Assembly (NCBI GenBank): GCA_038145765.1
Contig: JAYQQG010000004.1
Coordinates: 1 to 62,459, forward strand
Origin: Verrucomicrobiales bacterium
GTDB taxonomy: Bacteria; Verrucomicrobiota; Verrucomicrobiia; Limisphaerales; UBA1100
DNA length: 62,459 nt
Reading direction: 5' to 3'
A program made the position numbers and the translations under genes. Positions 31,605-40,245 of the stretch are shown one piece after another. Each line of letters starts with the position of its first letter. Position 1 is the first letter of the stretch. The notes below the pieces were generated by a model. It was given only the letters and a program-made list of their open reading frames with translations. It was not told where the DNA came from and made no database searches.

Positions 31605-34600
31605 TCAGTGATTGAATAAAAACTCCGCCGTATTCAGCACGGCCCAGAGCAGGTCCTGCACGGCACCGGCGCGGTCGTCTTTTTTCTTCTCGAAATAGGC
31701 GGTGATTTCCTTGGCCTCAATGGCCGTGGGCCGCCGGTTGAGGGCCACCACAAAAATTTCCTCGGCAATCTGCGCCGGCGTCCGGTCGCTGGCGGCGAGC
31801 TTGGCCGCCCGACCGCTGGAATGGGTGATCTTCTCATGCAGCTTTTCGGAGTGCATCATGTGCAGCACCTGCACCACGGTGCCCTTGGTGTTGCGTTCAC
31901 AGGGCGGATCACTGCTGGAATTCGGCCGGCCAAAGGCGTCCATGAACTCCGAGCCGATCTTAAAGTTCCACGTCTCCAGCGCACGCGCACCATTCCACGT
32001 GGCGGAGAACGTCGTCGGCACCCCGGTCACATCGCTCACTGCATCGAGCAACACCTCCGCACTCAGGCGCCGCCGGTAGCTGCGCGAAAAATTGCGTGTG
32101 TCCGCCGCGTTGGTCGCGTTCGGCTCAGAGCTGAGCTGGTACAGGCGGCTTTCGAGGATCGTGCGGATGAGCGCCATTTGGTCGTATTTAATTTTAACAA
32201 AATGCGCCGCGACCGCATCGAGCAAGGCGGCATTCACCGGCGGATTGGAGGCGCGCATGTCATCCACCGGCTCCACCAGGCCGCGCCCGAAGTATGCGCC
32301 CCACACGCGATTGACCATGGCGCGCGCAAAGAACGGATTCTCCGGCTGGGCCATCCAATCGACCAACCGTTCGCGCGCATCCTCGCCCGCCGCCAGTTCA
32401 GCCGGCTTACTATCCGGCGCGCGAGGCGGCAGGGTTTCGCCCGTTACCGGATGACTCACCGAACCGCTGGCCCCGTGATAGAACCATTCTGTGCCACCGG
32501 AAATGGGCGGCGACACGCCCGACCCCTTGCGTTTCACCTGCGCAAAGTAAGCAGCCAGCGAATAGAAATCGCGCTGGGTCCATTTCTCGTTGGGATGATT
32601 ATGACACCGCGCGCACTCGAGTCGGGTGCCGAGAAAAACCTGACTGAATATCTTGGCCATCTCGTCCGGCGTTCGTTTGTCACGATACACCACCGTCGGC
32701 CCAAACCGGTGCGTGCTGCCGCTGGCGGTGATCATCTCGCGCGCAAAGGCATCCATCGGCAGGTTTTTCCGGAATGCCTCGCGCAACCATTGGTCCAGCA
32801 CGTAGACGCTCTTGAGTCCGGCGCGATCGGGATTAGGCCGCACGAGGTCCGCCCATTGATTGGCCCAGTGATCGGCATAGGCCGGATCGGTCAGAAGCCG
32901 GTTGATCAGCTTCGCTCGCTTGTCCTTGGCCGGGTCATCGAGATAGGCACGGGCCTCTTCAATCGTCGGCAGTCGCCCAATGGTATCCAGCGAGGCGCGC
33001 CGGAGGAATTCCTCGTCCGTGCACAATTCGCTCGGCAAAAAGCCCAGTCGCTGAAACTGCGCGTAGGCCAGTTCATCAATGAAGTTATGCGCCGGCAAGG
33101 CCGCGTACCGCGCCGCGGCGATCTTCTTCTCCGCCGGCACTGTCACCCGCGAGATGGCCACCTGCCCCATGTACCGCGCCACCACCGTGCCTTCGCCATT
33201 GAGCTGCCCGACCGTGATTTGGCCGTCACCGGTCACCGTCGCCATGCCGTTGTCGTTGGAGACAAATTCCGCGAGCGCCGTCACATTGCGTTGTTGCCCG
33301 TCTGAATAATGCGCGGTGACCTTCAGCGTTTGCCCGGCGCCCTTACGATACACACCGTCGGCCGGCTCCACACTCACCCGCTCCAGCGTGGCTTCGCCCT
33401 CGTATTGATACGCCATGCCTTCGCGGATCCATTGCAGCAACACCTTGGCTGAGTCGGATCCCGGCGCAATCCGCTGTCCGCCCTCATGCGGCATCGCGAG
33501 CGTGGCTTTGCGATAAATCAAACTCTCCTCGGGAAACGCCGGAAACACGCGCCGACCAAAGGCGTCCTCGGTGATTTCCTGCCAATCCTTGCGTGTGTCG
33601 TAGGCGAACACCGACAGGCTGAACCCGCGCTGCCCCTCCGCCTTGGCATGGCACGAACCTGCGCTGCAGCCGGCCTTGCTGAGAATCGGCAGCACATCCT
33701 TGATAAAACTCACCTCGCCTTCCGGCGCGGGTGTTTCCATTTCCGGCTTGAGCGTTGCCGTGAGCCGGTTGTTGTCCCAGATGAACACCTCGCCCGCGTG
33801 ATTGCCCGCCACCACCTTCTTGGCATCGGCCGTGGAGGCCACCGCGTGCAGGCGGCCGTTGCCGCCGGTGAGCTTGCGTTCCTTGGCCGTGCTCGAACGC
33901 TGCGCGCCGTCGTGCGTTTGAATGTCCGTGAAAATCCGCGCCAGCCCGTCCTCGCAGCTGGTGACAATCGCCTTATCATCGGGCGTCCAGTGCAGCCCCG
34001 TTACGCCGCCCTTGTGTACGCGCACCTCGGTCATCTTCAGCTTGGTCTTGAGATCCCAAACCAGAAGCTCGTGATCGGCGCTCACTGTCGCGAGTTGATC
34101 GCCATCCCCCTTGAACGCCACGCCGTATACGGCACCCTGGTGCCCCTCCAGTTTGGCGCGCACTTTGCGGTCTGCCAGGGTCCAAACAGTCGCCACTTCA
34201 TCCGCGCCGGCGGTGGCCAACTGTTTGCCGTCCTTGCTGAGCGCCAGACCGTAGATGGCATCCGCATGCGCCTCCCAATCGGCCAGCGGTTTGCGCTCCG
34301 GCACGGACCATTGCCGCACCAGCCCGCGCACAGCCGGTTGACTGTCGGCGGTGAAGAGGGATTTATTGTCCGGCGCAAACACCAGCGCGGTGACGCGCCC
34401 CTCAAAGGCGCTAATCTCGCCAGCCGGTTTCAATTCGGCATTCCACAACCGCACCGAACGATAATCGGAACTGGCCAGCCATTTGCCGTCCGCGCTCCAC
34501 GCCAATGCCTGCACGGCATCGCGATGCCCCTCCAGCGTGGCGAGCACCGCGTTTTTATTTTCGAGATCATGCACCACCACGTGATTGGCCCGGCCGATGG

Positions 34601-35036
34601 CCAGGCGTTTGCCATCCGCCGACATCGCCAATGCCAGCGCCGGCGCGTAATTGGCCGGCAGCTTGGCCAACTGCTCCGGTTTGGGGCTGGGCCGGTCCTT
34701 AAGCGCTTCGGCATCCCACGGTGCGCCGTCATTCACCCACGCCTCCAGCGCGGCAATGGCCCGGGGCGAAAGCTGATCCTTGGGCGGCATGTGCGGGTCC
34801 GCGCCGGGCTGCAGCGATTGCACCAACCGGCTGGCCGCCGCCTTGCCCGGCTGCAGCACTTTGCCATTATCACCGCCGGCCAACAGCGCCTCGCGCGTGG
34901 TGAGGTCGAGCCCGCCCTTTTCCTTGTCCGGATTGTGACAGGAGAAACAGTTTGCCTTGAGCAACACCATCGCCTCCGGAGTGCCCGCCCAAAGCGGCAT
35001 TGCCAGCAGCATGAAGATGGAAGTCGCAGTTCTCAT
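31605..35036 (-). CDS. Multidomain PSCyt1 cytochrome c, WD40 repeats, Big_2-like domain, DUF1549 and DUF1553 protein
   Basis: 1143 aa. It has CFSCHNPDKEKGGLDL (CxxCH) and about 7 WD40-like units (LEGHRDAVQALAWSADGKWLAS, GHQGAVYGVAFKGDGDQLAT and others). It also has GSCHAKAEGQRGFSLS, an Ig-like block (VTAHYSDGQQRNVT...), NFIDELAYAQFQ, CARCHNHPNEKW and the terminal NTAEFLFNH. Confidence 0.9.
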   Translation of the reverse strand: MRTATSIFMLLAMPLWAGTPEAMVLLKANCFSCHNPDKEKGGLDLTTREALLAGGDNGKVLQPGKAAASRLVQSLQPGADPHMPPKDQLSPRAIAALEAWVNDGAPWDAEALKDRPSPKPEQLAKLPANYAPALALAMSADGKRLAIGRANHVVVHDLENKNAVLATLEGHRDAVQALAWSADGKWLASSDYRSVRLWNAELKPAGEISAFEGRVTALVFAPDNKSLFTADSQPAVRGLVRQWSVPERKPLADWEAHADAIYGLALSKDGKQLATAGADEVATVWTLADRKVRAKLEGHQGAVYGVAFKGDGDQLATVSADHELLVWDLKTKLKMTEVRVHKGGVTGLHWTPDDKAIVTSCEDGLARIFTDIQTHDGAQRSSTAKERKLTGGNGRLHAVASTADAKKVVAGNHAGEVFIWDNNRLTATLKPEMETPAPEGEVSFIKDVLPILSKAGCSAGSCHAKAEGQRGFSLSVFAYDTRKDWQEITEDAFGRRVFPAFPEESLIYRKATLAMPHEGGQRIAPGSDSAKVLLQWIREGMAYQYEGEATLERVSVEPADGVYRKGAGQTLKVTAHYSDGQQRNVTALAEFVSNDNGMATVTGDGQITVGQLNGEGTVVARYMGQVAISRVTVPAEKKIAAARYAALPAHNFIDELAYAQFQRLGFLPSELCTDEEFLRRASLDTIGRLPTIEEARAYLDDPAKDKRAKLINRLLTDPAYADHWANQWADLVRPNPDRAGLKSVYVLDQWLREAFRKNLPMDAFAREMITASGSTHRFGPTVVYRDKRTPDEMAKIFSQVFLGTRLECARCHNHPNEKWTQRDFYSLAAYFAQVKRKGSGVSPPISGGTEWFYHGASGSVSHPVTGETLPPRAPDSKPAELAAGEDARERLVDWMAQPENPFFARAMVNRVWGAYFGRGLVEPVDDMRASNPPVNAALLDAVAAHFVKIKYDQMALIRTILESRLYQLSSEPNATNAADTRNFSRSYRRRLSAEVLLDAVSDVTGVPTTFSATWNGARALETWNFKIGSEFMDAFGRPNSSSDPPCERNTKGTVVQVLHMMHSEKLHEKITHSSGRAAKLAASDRTPAQIAEEIFVVALNRRPTAIEAKEITAYFEKKKDDRAGAVQDLLWAVLNTAEFLFNH

Positions 35037-35078
35037 TTACCTACCACAGAGACATCGGGGACCCGGAGATTCTTCATT

Positions 35079-36833
35079 TTATTTCACCCGCCGCAACATC
35101 AGCAGGCGGAATTCCAGCGCCGTATTGCCCGGGATTTTAAGGGCCTGCAACGTCAGGTCGCCTTTGCCTTTTTTCAAATCCAACACGCCCATCTTCACGG
35201 CCTTGAAATCTTTCACGTACGACTCCATGCGCTTCACGCGGTCGTTTTCCTGACCACGCGCCGGCACCTCATGGGGCTGGGCGATCCGATACCGCAAACG
35301 CTGGCCGTTGTGGCTGAGCTCCAATAGCGCCCCTTCGTCGCCTTTGGGCACGGCGTAATGCAGCGTCACTTCGTATTGACCGCTGGCGCCCACCTCGGCC
35401 GGCCACGTGATTTTGTCATCCAGTGAGGTCCAGTTGAAAAAATACGAGCAGTTGGGAAACTTGTTGGAACGCTTGATGCCGCCGTGGGCAATGCCGTCGC
35501 GTGCGGGGATTTGGGTCCATTCATAATCCGGATGCGCGATCACAAACGGCCGGTTGTCTTCGCCCAATTCCGACAACACCGTTTTCTTCCAGTGCTCCAC
35601 CTCACCCAGCAACCGCGCCGCGATCCAGGGTTTCTCCTTGCTGATGTCCTTCCGCTGACCGGGATCCGCCACCATGTCAAAGAGCTGTCCGGTGTGGCCG
35701 AGGCGATAGCGCTGTGTGCGCGCGCTAACCTTGCCGCGCCAACAATTCATGATCGTGCGATCTGCCCATTGCACTTTCTGCCCAATCAACAACGGCTTGA
35801 GACTGCGGCCATCGAGTTTCTTTTTGCTCACCACCGGCACGCCGGCGCAATCGGCCAGAGTCGGCAGCAGATCCATCACCGAAGCGATCGGCTTGATGAA
35901 CGTCCCCTTCGAAATTGCCGCCGGCCAGCGCACCAGCAACGGTGACCGCACGCCGCCTTCGTCGGTTGACCCTTTACGGCCTTTCATGCCGCCGTTCCAG
36001 CGCACGCCGTTCGGGCCGTTGTCGTGGAAGAACACCACGATGGTATCCTTGGTTACGCCGAGTTGATCGAGCTTCTTAAGCAGACGCCCCACGTTCCAGT
36101 CGATGTTCTCGCACATGGCCAGTGCGCAGCGTAGGTGCGGCAGATTTTCGCTGCGCGGATCCCGGTTGCGTAGCTTGATTTCCTTGTCCTTAAACTTGTT
36201 CCACCACCGATCCGGCACCTGCATCGGCGAGTGCGGTGTGTTGTACGGGAGATAGGCGAAGAACGGTTTGCCGGCCTCGTGACTGCGCTCCATGAAGGCC
36301 ATCGCCTTGTCGGTGAAATCATCGATGCAAAAGCCCTTGCCCTGCACAATTTTCCCGTTGTGCTCCAGTGGGGGGCTGAAATAATCGCCCCAGTGGCCCG
36401 AGCAAAACCCGTAATACTCCTCAAACCCCCGCCCGTTGGGATGGTACGGATACTGCATGCCGTTATGCCACTTGCCAAACGCGCCCGTGGCATAACCGGC
36501 GGCCTTGAAGGTATCGGCAATCGTCCGTTCATCCAGATCCATCCGCTCCCCGCCGGCCGAGGTGCTGTACACGCCCGAGCGCACATGATAGCGCCCGGTC
36601 AAAAACTCCGCCCGCGTCGGCGAACACACCGCACAAACAAAGAACCGATCAAACCGCGCCCCATCCCGCGCCAGAGAATCAATGTGCGGCGTGGCCAGAT
36701 CGGTATTGCCATTCAGACTGAGATCCCCCCAACCCTGATCGTCGGTGAGGATGACCACGATATTGGGCTGTTTAGCCTGAACTCCAAGCTGAAGGAGCAG
36801 AACAAAAAGAAAAACGATTTTCTGCACGCCCAA
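35079..36833 (-). CDS. Sulfatase (Cys-type) with a C-terminal beta-sandwich-like extension
   Basis: 584 aa with a signal peptide. Motifs are [13 protein letters not shown] and [12 protein letters not shown]. About 140 extra C-terminal residues are present ([14 protein letters not shown]...[10 protein letters not shown]). Confidence 0.9.
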   Translation of the reverse strand: MGVQKIVFLFVLLLQLGVQAKQPNIVVILTDDQGWGDLSLNGNTDLATPHIDSLARDGARFDRFFVCAVCSPTRAEFLTGRYHVRSGVYSTSAGGERMDLDERTIADTFKAAGYATGAFGKWHNGMQYPYHPNGRGFEEYYGFCSGHWGDYFSPPLEHNGKIVQGKGFCIDDFTDKAMAFMERSHEAGKPFFAYLPYNTPHSPMQVPDRWWNKFKDKEIKLRNRDPRSENLPHLRCALAMCENIDWNVGRLLKKLDQLGVTKDTIVVFFHDNGPNGVRWNGGMKGRKGSTDEGGVRSPLLVRWPAAISKGTFIKPIASVMDLLPTLADCAGVPVVSKKKLDGRSLKPLLIGQKVQWADRTIMNCWRGKVSARTQRYRLGHTGQLFDMVADPGQRKDISKEKPWIAARLLGEVEHWKKTVLSELGEDNRPFVIAHPDYEWTQIPARDGIAHGGIKRSNKFPNCSYFFNWTSLDDKITWPAEVGASGQYEVTLHYAVPKGDEGALLELSHNGQRLRYRIAQPHEVPARGQENDRVKRMESYVKDFKAVKMGVLDLKKGKGDLTLQALKIPGNTALEFRLLMLRRVK

Positions 36834-36868
36834 TTCTCGCGCAGCGCTGGAATTGCGGAAAGAAATTT

Positions 36869-37546
36869 CTATTGATGATCCCAGAGCGCGCGGGCATGCC
36901 CGGCCTCATATTGGAATCCAATAACGCCCACCGGCAATGCCTCAACATGCCCGTCGGCAAACACAGCACTTGCCCGCCCTAGATGACGATTCACCATGCG
37001 CATGGGAGTTGAATTCCAGCTGACACTGGTCGGCACTTCAAAAACGGAAGCGCCATTAAAGCCTTTAGCGGAACGTTGTTCCACCCATCGGTTGGGGTCC
37101 CGATGTTCGGGATTCGCCACCAGACCTGTATCTCCGAAAGCCACCGTCAACGCTGGATTCTTGACGTGACTTAAATTGCTCAAAGTCCCAATGGCTTGAT
37201 TGAAGCCAACCCCAAGATGGCCTTGCCGACAATCCGGGCACTGCCATCCATGCTCCTGCCCAGCATGCAAACGCAGTTTGTGTTCCCACCTACTTTGCCG
37301 GGCCCCGGCAACCTTTTGCAGCACTTCCGAAGATTGTTGATCGGCAACATATCCGGCAAACGCTTCCCCCAACTGCCGATGCTGGTCCACACACTGACTG
37401 GCACTGGCTTTCAACCGTGCCCTGTTCAGAGCGGGAATAATGATGCCGGCCAAAACCCCGATCACCACGAGAATCACCAGAAGTTCGACCAACGTAAATG
37501 CTTTTTGGTTAGACCAATAGCGTTGCGTCAGTCGGTTGGGTGACAT
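36869..37546 (-). CDS. Prepilin-type N-terminal cleavage/methylation domain protein, H-X9-DG (DUF1559) family
   Basis: 225 aa. The prepilin-type N-terminus reads [27 protein letters not shown]. An exact H-X9-DG is present ([17 protein letters not shown]). Confidence 0.85.
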   Translation of the reverse strand: MSPNRLTQRYWSNQKAFTLVELLVILVVIGVLAGIIIPALNRARLKASASQCVDQHRQLGEAFAGYVADQQSSEVLQKVAGARQSRWEHKLRLHAGQEHGWQCPDCRQGHLGVGFNQAIGTLSNLSHVKNPALTVAFGDTGLVANPEHRDPNRWVEQRSAKGFNGASVFEVPTSVSWNSTPMRMVNRHLGRASAVFADGHVEALPVGVIGFQYEAGHARALWDHQ

Positions 37547-37596
37547 GCTTAGATGCTAGGTAATGAAAATGGTGAGTCAATCGAAAACAGTAGATT

Positions 37597-40245
37597 TTAC
37601 CTCTGATTTTCAATGGATACATCATGAAATCGATTGATACGTGGATTTTCAACGCTCTTTATCTCACCAACGACCGGACGAATAATGATTTCATTCACTG
37701 TTTCTGCCTTTCCCAAGCCGAAGTGAAGTGTGAACGGGTGCTGACTGTTATAGGAATCCCCCGTCACCACCGGCAACACCTGATGCTTATTCCCAGACCG
37801 CACTTCCACTCGCGCCCCTAGGCTGACTGTCACGGGTGGCAAATGGATTCCAACCCAGTTATTCGAAGTCTCAAGTTGGTTAGACAATAAGTGCACACGG
37901 TTGACATAGGCCCGCCGCTTCTCATCTCGGGCCCGTTCCACAACCAGCAAGTCAACCCGACCATCCAAATCCAAATCAGCTGACACCACACTACGGCTGT
38001 CAAACTCATGCCCCAACCCCAACAAATACGAAATATTGGGAAACGTGCGATCCGGTGAATTCATCAACAGTACATTATGCTCGTATCCGTTCCACGACAC
38101 CTCACTGCCCACCCCGGCCTGGCACTCATTGAACACCATTTGCATCAGTATTTCAGGACGCTTTTTATCATAATAAATATCATGCCGCCAATATTGCGTG
38201 CAGTAATCCCGTGCGGATTTGGCACTAAGAAACCCGTTGGCAACATACAGGTCGCGGTCTCCATCGTTATCAAAATCCCAAGGCGTACAGCCCCAAGCCC
38301 AACCCGTTCGCGCCAGCCGATCATTATATTCAGGCTGACGATACTGCACTGCCCCCTGTCCCAGCAACAGCCGGTTGCCGTAGCCCATTTTCATTCGTGC
38401 CTGTTGGATGTTTTCATGGCCAGGCCGCCCCAACCCCAGACTTTCAAGCCGGCGCGCCGTGGTTGAGCCCATGCCGACCATGTAGATATCAAGCCGTTGA
38501 TCCTGATCGAAATCCGCCAATGCATGACTCATGCCGAATGAGTAGTGATTGGAACCCAGCGCTTCGGTCATGTCTTCAAACTGTCCTTGCCCGTTGTTTC
38601 GGTATAAATCCAGCCCGGCAAAGTCGCTAACGACGAGCAGGTCCAAGTCACGGTCGTTATCCAAATCCACCATGGAAGCACTGTAGGTCCGGCGATGCCG
38701 TTTTGCCTCCAAACCGGCCGCTACGGTGCCATCCACAAACCGGCCGTCTCCTTCATTGATCAACAAATATGAGGGGTGCCCATCATTGGCATCATAATAC
38801 GGGGTCGGCAATTTTCCCGACATATAGGTGGCGGCATATTGCCCGATGAAGGCATCCAAATCGCCGTCTCCATCAATATCGCCACAAGTAATGCATTGCG
38901 GGTCCCGGATGGAAACCGAGGGAATTGAGGCCAAGCTGACAATCGGTTCGTTTTTTAAAACGCCGGTCTGGCTTCCTGGATAAACTCTAGGTTTACCCGC
39001 CGGGCCAATGGTCAGAAAATCTGAATAGCCGTCCCCATTAAAATCAGCCAGAACCCCAGCCTGAAATGAGTAACGATTGCCGGGCACCAAGGGCTCGGGC
39101 TTAAATTTGAAGCCCCCCTCGTTCCGATACACCAAGTTGGCCCCAGCCAAAATTATTTCAGAGCGACCGTCACGGTCAAAATCATGCACTAATAATGGCG
39201 CCGCGAGGACATCCTTTGCGCCACTCGGATTCACAGGTTGATGCCCCGGCAAATCTTGCTCCGGCTCGAAGATCCGCTGGAGTTCAAATGGGACGGCCTG
39301 TTCGCGCGTCAGAATCTTCAACTGATCCACTTCAATGGATACAGGCCGGGAATCGTTTGAAGCAGGTTTTTGATCCCATATGACTTTAAGCGCCGCCCGA
39401 ATAACCAACCGTCCCTTTCTGTTCCTTGGTTCAAGATGCAACACAATCCGGTATACGGACACCGCGTGCCCGTTGTCATCCGCCTTAAACGATTCCTGAT
39501 GCCATTCGCTTTCCCTGAGAATATACGCTAATTTCCACTGGCCTAATTGGGATTGCCACATGCCCGAATCAAGCCTCTGCCCTCCCGGTTCAAACTGTCT
39601 CTCGGTAATCCCCCAGTCATGCTGAATAAGCTTGGGATCTTTTTTGGGCAAAACAACCGAACCCACACTAAAATCTTCTAACACGCCCCAATCATGTTTT
39701 GTATTGCGCAGCTCATCCCATAACTGGACGAAAACTTCTTCATATTGTTGAGCCAATTCTTCCTGGCTCCAAATGGTCTCATCCATCTTCTTCCTTTGAG
39801 CCACGATGTGTTTCACTTGTTGCGCGGCCTTGTCCGAGGGGCCTTCCCGTTGGCTAACTTGACGCCCCTGTTTGTAAACTGTATCCCGCCGAATCAATCC
39901 ATCCTCCGACCATTCCTTCATCAAGCCGTGCGGCTGGCCATGATCCCAGCTACCTTCCATCATCAACTGACCGTCGGCATACCATTCCCTGCCCACTCCA
40001 TGACGAACCCCAGATTTAAAGCTCACCTCGGCACGAGGGGTTTTTGATTCATAATCCTCTTTGAGCACGCCCGTGAACAGCGCCCCCGTTTCGCGCCAAA
40101 CTAACCGTTGCTGCGAGTCCAATTTCAAATCCACTGGGCGAGCCGTAACCGGTGTTGCTGTTTTTGCGGAAGGCGTTTTCGGCGATTGACTACAAGACGC
40201 AACCAACCCCACTAAAACCAATACGCATGTGACTGGACTCCTCAT
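37597..40245 (-). CDS. Lipoprotein with MORN-variant repeats, conserved unassigned module, FG-GAP/VCBS propeller and UnbV/ASPIC domain (CRTAC1-like); array member 4 of 4
   Basis: 882 aa with lipobox LVGLVASC. MORN-variant units read GVRHGVGREWYADGQLMMEGSWDHGQPHGLMKEW. ESEWHQE is present. Calcium-type loops are FDRDGRSEI, GDIDGDGDLDAF, VDLDNDRDLDLLVVSDF, ADFDQDQRLDIYMVGMG and WDFDNDGDRDLYVANG. The UnbV-like C-terminus reads GARVEV...VVTGDSYNSQHP...HFGLG. Its start overlaps the upstream stop (ATGA). Confidence 0.85.
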   Translation of the reverse strand: MRSPVTCVLVLVGLVASCSQSPKTPSAKTATPVTARPVDLKLDSQQRLVWRETGALFTGVLKEDYESKTPRAEVSFKSGVRHGVGREWYADGQLMMEGSWDHGQPHGLMKEWSEDGLIRRDTVYKQGRQVSQREGPSDKAAQQVKHIVAQRKKMDETIWSQEELAQQYEEVFVQLWDELRNTKHDWGVLEDFSVGSVVLPKKDPKLIQHDWGITERQFEPGGQRLDSGMWQSQLGQWKLAYILRESEWHQESFKADDNGHAVSVYRIVLHLEPRNRKGRLVIRAALKVIWDQKPASNDSRPVSIEVDQLKILTREQAVPFELQRIFEPEQDLPGHQPVNPSGAKDVLAAPLLVHDFDRDGRSEIILAGANLVYRNEGGFKFKPEPLVPGNRYSFQAGVLADFNGDGYSDFLTIGPAGKPRVYPGSQTGVLKNEPIVSLASIPSVSIRDPQCITCGDIDGDGDLDAFIGQYAATYMSGKLPTPYYDANDGHPSYLLINEGDGRFVDGTVAAGLEAKRHRRTYSASMVDLDNDRDLDLLVVSDFAGLDLYRNNGQGQFEDMTEALGSNHYSFGMSHALADFDQDQRLDIYMVGMGSTTARRLESLGLGRPGHENIQQARMKMGYGNRLLLGQGAVQYRQPEYNDRLARTGWAWGCTPWDFDNDGDRDLYVANGFLSAKSARDYCTQYWRHDIYYDKKRPEILMQMVFNECQAGVGSEVSWNGYEHNVLLMNSPDRTFPNISYLLGLGHEFDSRSVVSADLDLDGRVDLLVVERARDEKRRAYVNRVHLLSNQLETSNNWVGIHLPPVTVSLGARVEVRSGNKHQVLPVVTGDSYNSQHPFTLHFGLGKAETVNEIIIRPVVGEIKSVENPRINRFHDVSIENQR

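Noticed and set aside
33486-35327. Very long ORFs antisense to annotated genes. Examples are 33486..35327 (613 aa), 59612..61411 (599 aa), 31821..33305 (494 aa), 11539..12795 (418 aa), 1101..2252 (383 aa), 58468..59412, 30640..31563 and 53929..54738.
   Set aside because: Each lies fully antisense to a gene with multiple unmistakable family motifs. Their translations are Arg/Ala/Gly/His/Pro-rich with no motifs, signal peptides or start context. They occur only in the GC-rich genes, as expected for stop-poor antisense frames. I treat them as compositional artefacts.
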